Under the pieces are notes generated by a model that made no database searches, was not told the origin of the DNA, and was given only the letters and a program-made list of their open reading frames with translations. The position numbers were made by a program, and so were the translations under genes. Positions 23,859 to 32,697 of a stretch of DNA of 32,697 nucleotides are shown piece after piece (the first letter of the stretch is position 1; every line of letters starts with the position of its first letter). The DNA is from Phoronis australis (taxonomy: Eukaryota > Animalia > Phoronida): assembly GCA_002633005.1 (NCBI GenBank), contig NMRA01000082.1:1019366-1052062 (forward strand). The letters run 5' to 3'.

Positions 23859-24890
23859 TTGCATGCAATGACAGGGTGTGACGTCACAGCAGCACTGTTT
23901 AGGAAAGGGAAAGGGAGGCTTCTGGAAATCCTGATGAAAGACTCATCTGGGACACTTATCAGCTTCTTCTCAGAGTTAATAAGCGTAGATGTCCCAGACG
24001 GAAGAAAGTTAGAAGAAGACACATGCCTCCTATTTAATGAAGGGAGGAGTCAAAGATGTCAATGAAGCGCCGATATCTGAAATTAATAGAGACGACCGGA
24101 AAATGAACAAGGTAATAACTGTAATTGATAAAATATAGTTCATAAAAGCAACGAAAATAATTTCAAATGTTTTCATAGTGTTAAACCAAAATGCCCAGTT
24201 TCACGTCAAAAAACAGTAAATGGTGGTGAGATTTCATGCGCGTACCCAGGAGGGCTCGGGGGCTCGAACGAGCCCCTCATTTGGCGAAGTGGGCAAAAAG
24301 GTCCGCCTCAGAGAAACAAACAGTCCGTGGAAACGAGACAAAAGTCCACTAAAAAGGCGCAGACGCACAGTTCACAGTACTGAAGGTGGTACCCCGTTTT
24401 TGTTAGTCCGCCAGCTTTTCTGTTAGTAAAATGGTCCACTTGGTCAGAAATTCGAGCCCCCCAAAACTAGAGGCTGGGTGCGTGCATGGGTTTTATGTTT
24501 TTGTTCGTCAGCTTTTAGACAATTGGTTCCTCGTCAATAAAATTTTCTCCGATGTCCAACATCAAGAAGATAGACTGCGCATTTTTCCTCCTTGCCGAAA
24601 GACACTTGAAAAAGCTCAAAAGAGCCCATTATGTTGCCTTTCTCTGAGGCCAAGTGGATTCGGCCGATCCGGGAAACGGTTTGGAACCTCTTACCTATGG
24701 TTGGAAGGCACAAGATGGATACTACACTCCCAAATGGTTTTGTGGATCTGCCGTTCCTGATGTCCTTTTTGAACGTGCTGGTCTTTTACAAGAAAACCAA
24801 GCTGATCAAGAGGTAAAGGAAATGGGCTATGACGAAACAAGCGAGCCCGAATCAAGCTGGAGTAGCAGTGGCGGTATTGAAACGTATTAA
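23859..24890 (+). pseudogene. Academ transposase C-terminal relic (XPG-like H3TH region), probably intron-containing
   Basis: HAMTGCDVTAALFRKGKG; VNEA/RY; PPCRKTLE..KRAHY; EPLTYGWKAQDGYYTPKWFCGSAVP; acidic tail; frameshifts and stop; gtaata donor at 24112. Confidence 0.8.
24235..24488. mobile_element. Small MITE (hAT-like termini) inside Academ
   Basis: catgcgcgtacccag / ctgggtgcgtgcatg inverted termini (13/15), internal ggtcc(g/a) and gagcccc repeats; no clear 8-bp TSD. Confidence 0.62.
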
Positions 24891-25671
24891 AAACTAACAA
24901 AAACTACTGTTGACATTAAACATATAGTATGTAGCTTGATGTTCTTGTCGATACAGTGATTTTGACTATCTGTTACTATGCTGTTTGAAAGTGTTGCTCT
25001 ATTTCATGTAGTTTATTTTGATTAAAGAAGGTTTTTAAAAACACGTCTGTAACTTTTCTTTCAACGTATTGTTTAGTAGTCAATGAGATGAAAGGGCTCC
25101 TTGGAAATAACTTTCGTGGTTCCTCGATCAAGCGCAAATTTAGGGGCCATTTGTTGTCGCTGACGTATCCTTTCTGCTGGCAGTTTTGATAGCGTTTTAT
25201 ATTTTACACAATCTGCGTTCTTAAACTTCACTGAGTGGGTTGGTTTTAGACAGTTCCTGGTATCCCAAAGTTTTACTGTTATCAGACTTACTCTCCGCCA
25301 TCATCCATTTGACATCCACTGTGAGAGCTCAGTAGACGCAAAAGTATAAGCTCATTATCTAATATGTCATATATATTCAAAATTACTGACCGGTAGTTGA
25401 GATTTCTGGGGCTGGCGAGCACAACCCACACTGGGTTTTAACTGTCATAGCGTATTTGGTAGCCAGTAACATCTATTTGAATCACATGGAATTGTTTATT
25501 GTGGTACCCCGAATGATGACCTAGCTTCTTTTACGGTGTATATTGAGTTTCTGGCGAACGCCTTCCAGAGCACAATTTGTTGTCTGTCATGGATCATCTG
25601 GTGGATTATTGGTTTTAAGTCAGTTTTAGCCAGTACCTCGGGTATCAAATGTACCTCAAAGTTTTGATAGN

Positions 25672-26810
25672 GTAGTCACGAAATACGACCGGGGGGCATT
25701 GTTTTCCAGTGATGACCGCGTGCGCCCAAGTTTTCCCTTTCTGAACCCGCACACTGTCACTGATGTTATGATCAGGAAGAGATTTCGCACTACGGTTATA
25801 GAATCCTGCTTGCACTTCTTGACAGTCGCACAGCGCTTGTCGGGCATCGTCGGGTACCGACGGAGACAAAAGCTCAGACCTTGTGGGTATTTTGTCCCTC
25901 AGTCTCCGGCTCATTAACAACTGAGCTGGCAAATAGCGTAAACCGGTGATCGGTGTGTTACTGTACTCCAGGAGGGCAATATTCGGATCCCGTTCTTCAT
26001 GTTTCGCCCTCCTGAGTAACGCTTTGATTGTGCCAACAAACTTCTCGCTCTGTCTGTTGGACTGCGGGTATCTCGGTCTGCTAGTCGTGATCTGAAAATT
26101 CCACTCGCAAGCAAACGATTGCATTGCGTAACTCGCGAAAGGCATGTTGTCACACACTAGTATGTCCGGAATGCCATGTCTGGCAAAAATAGGTTTCATG
26201 GCCTTGATGACACTGTGTGCCGTTTTACCGTGCAGGCGCGCAACTTCAGGATATTTGGAGTAATAATCAACAACGACCAAGTAATCATTTCCTCCAAAAT
26301 CAAAGATATCCGCACCAATTTTCGACCATGGCCGTACAGGGTATGAGCGGGTCCTTGGGGTTGCTGCGCTTATAAGTGGCACACGTAGCACAGCTTACTC
26401 ATGTTGGGCCAATATAGACTGTCACGTGCGTGAGACTTGCACTTGTCTATCCCGAGATGACTCTCGTGTAGTCTTTCCAACATTTCAGCTGGAGGAACGA
26501 TTAATTTGCTTCCCACGAAGAATATACCATCCTCTTCGTGAATTTCATCTTGCATGGGCCAATAAGGCTGTAAGTCAATCGGTACGTCTCCTCTATGTGC
26601 TGGCCATCCCCTTTGTATAAATTGACGCAACTTTGCAAACGTGCTGTCGCGCGCTGATGCTTCGCGTAGACATTGTAGTTTTGCAGGCGATGCAGGTAAT
26701 GACGACGTAACCGTATGAACGCGTAAAACGTCAAACCCACTGTCCGCACCAGCACTATGAAGGTACGCGCGAGACAAAGTGTCCGCTATGTACATTTTAG
26801 ATCCCTATAC
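25672..26810 (-). pseudogene. Second, diverged copy of Gypsy RNaseH-end/integrase segment, bounded by N at both ends
   Basis: Collinear with 21781-22132 plus 27538-~28375 but lacks the Academ insertion and has private SNPs and deletions; N at 25671 and 26811. Confidence 0.9.
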
Positions 26811-26811
26811 N

Positions 26812-27390
26812 GTTTCTGCCGGGCACAACCCAGAGTGTATTTTGTCTGTCATAGAGGTTTTAGTGATCTGTGACATGTATTGAATCATATGGAATTGGTT
26901 TTGTGTGGTACCTCGAATGTATGTGCTAGCTCATTTTTGGGGGGTCCTTTTTTGGTTTCTGCCGGACCCATTGCAGAGTGCAATTTGTCTGTCATGGGTC
27001 ATTTGGTGTTCAGTGCGGTACTATTGTTCGTTTAAAATCAGTTTTGGCCGGTACCTCGAAAATCTAGTCTAGCTCAAATTTTTTATGGCATACCATGGTT
27101 GAGATTTTTGGGGTTTTCTGCCGGGCACAACCCAGAGTGTATTTTGTCTGTCATAGGAGTTTTAGTGATCTGTGACATGTATTGAATCACATGAAATTGG
27201 TTTTGTGTGGTACCTCGAATGTATGTGCTAGCTCATTTTTGGGGGGGTCCTTTTTTGGCTTCTGCCGGACCCATTCCAGAGTGCAGTTTGTCTGTCATGG
27301 GTCATTCGGTGTTCAGTGCGGTATTATTGTTCGTTTTAAATCAGTTTTGGTTGGTACCTCGAATATCTAGTCTAGCTCATTTTTTGGGGT
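26812..27390 (-). repeat. Right subterminal tandem array of Academ
   Basis: Reverse complement of the 22285-22900 repeat units. Confidence 0.88.
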
Positions 27391-27537
27391 CTTTGTAAGG
27401 CCCCCAGGGGTCACACCCAGAGTGCAGACAACGGCAGACGTCCATTTCTGTACATACTGAGGTGGACTTTAAATGCTCCCGTGGTCAGATGTTGGTACCT
27501 CGTTCATCTATGCTAAGTGCTCTGGGCTGCCGGTCTA

Positions 27538-29282
27538 TAACGCTTTGATTGTGCCAACAAACTTCTCGCTCTGTCCGTTGGACTGCTGGTATCTAGGACT
27601 GCTAGTCGTGATCTGAAAGTTCCACTCGCGAGCAAACGATTGCATTGCGTAACTCGCGAAAGGCATGTTGTCACACACTAGTATGTCCGGAATGCCCTGT
27701 CTGGCAAAAATAGGTTTCATGGCCTTGATGACACTGTGTGCCGTTTTACCGTGCAGGCGCGCAACTTCAGGATATTTGGAGTAATAATCAACAACGACCA
27801 AATAGTCATTTCCTCCAAAATCAAAGATATCCGCACCAATTTTCGACCATGGCCGTACAGGTACACTGTGGGGTATGAGCGGGTCCTTGGGGTTGCTGCG
27901 CTTATAAGTGGCACACGTAGCACAGCTGTTAATCATGTCCTCTATATCCTTACTCATGTTGGGCCAATATAGACTGTCACGTGCGCGGGACTTGCACTTG
28001 TCTATCCCGAGATGACTCTAGTGAAATCTTTCCAACATTTCACTGAGCTCAGCTGGAGGAACGATTAATTTGCTTCCCACGAAGAATATACCATCTTCTT
28101 CGTGAATTTCATCTTGCATAGGCCAATAAGGCTGTAAATCAATCGGTACGTCTCCTCTATGCGCTGGCCATCCCCTTTGTATAAATTGACGCAACTTTGC
28201 AAATGTGCCGTCGCGCGCTGATGCTTCGCGTAGACATTGTAGTTTTGCAGGTGAAGCAGGTAATGATGACGTAACCGTGTGAACGCGTAAAACGTCAAAC
28301 CCACTGTCAGCACCAGCATTATCAAGGTACGCGCGAGACAAAGTGTCCGCTATGTACAATTTAGATCCCTGTACATACTTCACCTTCAGCTGATACCTCA
28401 GTAATCGCAAAAGCATGAGTTGTAGACGAGGCGACGGCTTAAGCAGTGACTTCTGGAAAATTGCTTCCAGAGGCTTGTGATCGCTCTCTACCTCCACTTC
28501 ATGTCCGTAAATAAATTGATGAAATTGTTCTGCTGCAAACACAATTGCCAGCATTTCTCTCTCAATTTGCGCGTATCGCGTCTCCGTGTCCGTCAAAGCG
28601 CGTGACGCGAACGCAACTGGTTGCCGATTTTGCAGGAGGCACGCACTTAGTCCAGTCGACGACGAACTGGCCTGCAACGTGATCGGTAGTTTTGGGTCAA
28701 ACAAACGAAGAGTCGGACTGTCACTGATTACACGTTTAATGTGCTTCATGGCTTCATCATGTTCAGGAAGCCATTCCCACGGGACGTCTTTTTTCAGTAA
28801 ACTCCGTAACGGGCTGGTCAGAGACGACATATTTGGTATGAACGGTGCAAGGAAATTCAGCATTCCGATCAATCGTTGAACTCCGGATTTATCCACCGGA
28901 TTTGGCATAGCCATTATAGCTTTTATTTTCTTATCGTCTGGACGTATACCATCTAGTCCGACACGGCGACCCATATATGACACTTCCGTCAATTTGAATT
29001 GGATTTTCCGCTTGTTGAACTTCACGTTTTCTTGACGGGCGCGTTCCATCACTTTCCGTAATATATGTCATCATGTTGCTGTTCGGAATCCGCNATATCG
29101 TCCGAGATGACATGAACACCCTCAATGTCACCGAACGTCTTGTACGTTCGTTTCTGCAAAATCTCACTGGCACTGGTTATTCCAAATGGCATCCGCAAAA
29201 AACGGAAATGACCGAAAGGTGTGTTAAATGTACACAAATACGAGTTCGGCTCATCTAGCACCACTTGCCAATAACTATCTTT
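27538..29282 (-). pseudogene. Gypsy pol: reverse transcriptase, RNase H, integrase (HHCC and DDE core)
   Basis: RMPFGI, ISDD (RT), YAQIEREMLA and DHKPL (RH), H*SHLG...CATC, GADIF/CDN/NGQSE (IN); stops at 29283-29285 and 28018-28020, frame break near N 29094. Confidence 0.93.
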
Positions 29283-30875
29283 CTAGTCAAGTATCGTGAA
29301 AAATTTCTTGCCGCCGAGTTGCGTAATTACGTCAGCGAAAGTGGGAATCTGAAATTGCTCCCTCATTTTGTATTTGTTAAGGTCTTTGGGGTCTAGACAG
29401 ACACGTAATGATCCATCCTTTTTCTCAGCAATGACCAAACTACTCACCCAGTCGGTGGGTGCATCCACTGGCGTTATAATGCCTTGATTTTGCATATCCA
29501 GCAGTTTTTGCTTCAGTGGCTTCAACAGAGTGGGAGCGATGCGGCGTGGATGTTGGACCACCGGCTCCGCATCCTTTAGCTGGATTTTGTATTCGTCAGC
29601 ATATTTTCCTAGTCCGTTAAAATTGTCCGCATATTCTGTTGTAAGTTTCTCGAGGGTTAACGGAACCTTAGACGACGCCGCGTCCAACTCAATCTGGTTC
29701 CCGTTATGTCCAGGCTTAATGACCCCAAGCTTAAGGCATGCGCTCAGCCCTAGGATAAGAATTGTTTTCCCTGTTGTAACATAAACATCAGTGGCGTGAC
29801 TGTTTTGGCCAATCGACAATTCTACAGCAGCTTTTCCTGCCTGGTCGACAATGTTGCCATTGTATGCGCGAAGCACTGCAGACGATTGCATAATATTCGG
29901 CCTGTTGGTAATCTTTCTCCACGTACGTAGTGGTATGGTGTTTGCCTCAGCTCCGGTGTCTACTTTCATTTTGATCAAAGAACCACATACCGAGACCGGA
30001 ACGAACGATGACGCCACATCCTTATTATCTCGCGGGCATGTGTCAACCTGAAGACACATGGCGCCTAGCCAGAACTCATCTGAATCATCCGATTCACGCA
30101 TAGTATCCACGCGTTTGCTAGGGCAATATTTTGTAAAGTGATTCTGTTGGTTGCATTTCCTACACGTTTTGCCGTATGCTGGACACCTGTCACGCTCGTG
30201 TGTAGCGCCGCAGCGTGTGCAAAGAAAACTGGAGGAGCGGTTAGCCGTCAGGGGTTTTCCAGTAGGTTTGTTATGCCGTCCTCGCGGCTTAGCGACAGCA
30301 AAAACATGCTTATCAGACGAAGTTTCTCCCTTCACCGACATGGAGCGAATTTCATTTTGAGTCACCTCAAATGCCTTACAGAGGTCTTTTGTTTTCCCCA
30401 AAGTCAAATTTTCCTCACGTAACAGACGTTCTTTGAAGGGTTTTTCAGTAATCGAGAACACTATTTTGTCCCGTATCATATTGTCACATTCGACAAACTC
30501 GCATTGGGCTGCTAAATTTTGCAGAACAGCTAGATATTGGTCAAACGGTTGCTGCTCACCTCGTTTATACGACCAGAATTGGTATCTCAAAAACACCGTG
30601 CGTTTCAGACCTGAGAAATGCGCGTCGCATTTCTCCATGACGATATCGTAGCTTTGTGAGTCCTCGCCTTCGGCATACTCAAATTGGTTGTAGCGTTCCA
30701 CCGCCTCGGCTCCGATGCACGTTAACAACATCGCAATCTTTATTTTGTCGTCTATCTCGTCTGCTTCTTTGGCGGTCATAAAATTCACAAAACGTTGTTT
30801 CCAGAGCCGCCACGTTTCGGCCACATTGCCCTGATGAATGTTCATCTCGCCTGGCGGTTTAAAATCCATTTTCAC
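29283..30875 (-). CDS. Gypsy gag-protease-RT start (530 aa, ends at a premature stop inside RT)
   Basis: Two Zn knuckles CTRCGATHERDRC and CRKCNQQNHFTKYC, aspartic protease KVDTGA, RT start WVSSLVIAEKKDGSLRVCLDPKDLN. Confidence 0.9.
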   Translation of the reverse strand: MKMDFKPPGEMNIHQGNVAETWRLWKQRFVNFMTAKEADEIDDKIKIAMLLTCIGAEAVERYNQFEYAEGEDSQSYDIVMEKCDAHFSGLKRTVFLRYQFWSYKRGEQQPFDQYLAVLQNLAAQCEFVECDNMIRDKIVFSITEKPFKERLLREENLTLGKTKDLCKAFEVTQNEIRSMSVKGETSSDKHVFAVAKPRGRHNKPTGKPLTANRSSSFLCTRCGATHERDRCPAYGKTCRKCNQQNHFTKYCPSKRVDTMRESDDSDEFWLGAMCLQVDTCPRDNKDVASSFVPVSVCGSLIKMKVDTGAEANTIPLRTWRKITNRPNIMQSSAVLRAYNGNIVDQAGKAAVELSIGQNSHATDVYVTTGKTILILGLSACLKLGVIKPGHNGNQIELDAASSKVPLTLEKLTTEYADNFNGLGKYADEYKIQLKDAEPVVQHPRRIAPTLLKPLKQKLLDMQNQGIITPVDAPTDWVSSLVIAEKKDGSLRVCLDPKDLNKYKMREQFQIPTFADVITQLGGKKFFTILD

Positions 30876-30914
30876 TTGGGTTGAGGTTGCATCAGAAAGT
30901 CAAAATATGAGTTA

Positions 30915-30929
30915 CCACTCCTGACACCA
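30915..30929 (-). other. Primer-binding site complementary to tRNA-Leu 3' end
   Basis: tggtgtcaggagtgg directly after the 5' LTR; equals the complement of the tRNA-Leu(CAG)-type end ccactcctgacaCCA. Confidence 0.88.
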
Positions 30930-31058
30930 TGTCATGTATGCATGTAAACGAGACGGAGTCACATGTTCAACTGCTATATTAAGATCAGAACTAATGCATT
31001 ACAGGAACAGTAACCGAGGTCAGGGGTCAACACAGGGTTACGACCTCCATATATGACA
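30930..31058 (-). repeat. 5' LTR (129 bp)
   Basis: Direct repeat of 21335-21457; 6-bp inverted termini tgtcat/atgaca. Confidence 0.95.
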
Positions 31059-32697
31059 ATTCCAAAAATGTAGTACTTGTATTGATTAGGCTCTTCTTAT
31101 TCATGCATTCATTGTTTTTACGAGGTATTCTTTTGCGGCAACCGATCTTGAGTGACTGCCATTACAAAGCTGCGACCCCTCTTGGCAGGAATGACAACTA
31201 CAACCCCAAAATTGGCTAGTACTTTGAAGATACCGCTTGGCACATTAGGGAAACTCTCAGTAAAACACAGTAATGGTCTTTTATAAAGGATTGCCTCTTC
31301 AAAACTTCCTTCTTTAGAAAAAACACAAGAGTGTGTATTCTCGCGGACAAATACCGTCCCCGAAAACACTTGACATCTCACGGACATGATTTTGGCTCGT
31401 GTTATGGCAGACAGGTGTCGTCTCACAGACACAAAGTGTTGGAATTTGGTAATACTAAGATAACTTATGTCACTGGCAGACTAAAATAAGCAAACACAAA
31501 CACATTCTGCATCGAACCAACTTCACTCTAGGTTAAGAATTAGTTATCAATCCTGCCAAAAGGTGTCACACTTTTGAAAATGGCTGCCTCACTAAATCCG
31601 CGTTGCAAATGAACGCCTTGGAAAATCGAAAATTATGAATAAGTTCAGTACAAGTATTACAGTTTTGGAATCATCAGGACTAAAGGATTCAGAAAATAGT
31701 AGTATCAAGTACGTACGTTAATAGAGTTGGATTGTAAACAATAACCCTATTTTGATATTTACACACACAATTTATCCCCAAAAACCTGTTCCGGTATCCT
31801 AGAGGCTAAACCCAGTCCCAGAGGCAGATGTTCCGCTTTTTCATTCCGCTTGGCTTCTGACTGCGTGAGTGAGGTAGGCCTACTGCGGATTCAAGCGTCA
31901 ATAAAGAAGACACAATTTGACGCCCGGGAAATATCAGTTTATGTCCGATTACTGCATGAAATCAAACATCATGCAAATCAACTATTGCCACCGAATATGC
32001 TTCAAGTTGTTGGTCACATTGTGATGTGATGATCACTTCTTCATCAATGTACGGAAGTCCACTGCATGCCGGGTAAGGGGCTCGGGTTTCACAACTGAAG
32101 GTATGGGTGAAACTATTTGAGTTTAAAATTGTCTATTTTTCAAAAAACTGTTATATTGCAATTATTTTTTAACTTTTAATGTTTTATAATGAATTTTGTT
32201 TTAACTTTAAGTAGTTAAACGGTAGATTGCGAATATTATTATTTATTTGATTGCATTGTCCATCATTATTTTATCTAAACTGGTTTGGGGAACGGAACGA
32301 AACGAAACTTTAGAACTTGACATGTTTGTGTTTAGATGTCATAAGCTGTTAATGTGTGGAATTTGTGAATAACTTAGCTAAAGTGGCATCTTCCTAAGCA
32401 TGGTATTCTTGTGACAACTTGCTATAATCAGCTCAAAGGGCAAAGTTAACAATTCAGGTACGTAGCAGATCTCTTAGCTCTGCCTCTGCTCTGTGACTGT
32501 GTAAGTGTGTTGTCTATGCCTTGGCAGACTGTGCAGGCAGTCAGAGGTGATAAATTGTCTGTTACGAACGTTGACCATCCTCATAAAATTGACCTGGTCG
32601 AATATTTTCGCTGTTTTGTGACCCATGGTTAACAGTAGAGAACCAGTTCGTCCATGGGCTCGTTAAGCTGTTATTGCCTTGTTCTCCAAATAAGGGA

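Larger units (their letters stand above)
22133..27537 (+). mobile_element. Academ DNA transposon (deletion derivative) with long repeat-rich TIRs
   Basis: Termini tagaccggcagcccagagcac.../...gtgctctgggctgccggtcta; 3-bp TSD TAA (22130-22132, 27538-27540) confirmed by the uninterrupted site at 26017-26019; TAG...CTA ends and short TSD fit Academ; internal transposase relic. Confidence 0.88.
21335..31058 (-). mobile_element. Ty3/Gypsy LTR retrotransposon, Mag-like lineage, inactivated and interrupted by Academ
   Basis: Paired short TG...CA LTRs, tRNA-Leu PBS, PPT, gag-PR-RT-RH-IN order on - strand, RRNRR motif near the integrase C-terminus. Confidence 0.95.

Noticed and set aside
29283-29285. 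Programmed gag-pol stop read-through
   Set aside because: The TAG lies inside an RT motif (FTILD*KDSYWQ), after the protease, and other lesions are present; it is a nonsense mutation.
30915-30929. tRNA-Leu gene
   Set aside because: Only 15 nt matching the tRNA 3' end including CCA, adjacent to an LTR: a primer-binding site.
31118-32697. 104-aa ORF and possible exons at the right end
   Set aside because: No recognisable domain or consistent splice chain; likely non-coding or decayed transposon sequence.

Overview
AT-rich eukaryotic (metazoan, probably marine invertebrate; inferred from gene structure and transposon families) genomic DNA with two convergent intron-containing genes and a dense transposon nest. 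+ strand, 989-6178: last four exons of a single-pass membrane protein with calcium-binding-type EGF repeats. - strand, 16352-8317: a complete six-coding-exon NUDT12 (ankyrin + Zn ribbon + Nudix NAD-cap/NADH hydrolase, about 444 aa, ending in PTS1-like SNL). Introns and the upstream region hold two Kolobok-type TTAA elements with THAP relics, a Helentron/HINE-like element with about 11 regularly spaced CTCF-like motifs, a LINE fragment, a ~172-bp satellite whose hairpin core is inverted in some units, an unclassified fold-back element, a truncated Gypsy gag, and a Mag-type Gypsy element (21335-31058, -) interrupted by an Academ transposon (22133-27537, TAA TSD) that holds a MITE and an N-bounded second copy of the Gypsy pol segment. 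No RNA genes or CRISPR arrays seen. All calls come from reading the sequence; no searches were run.
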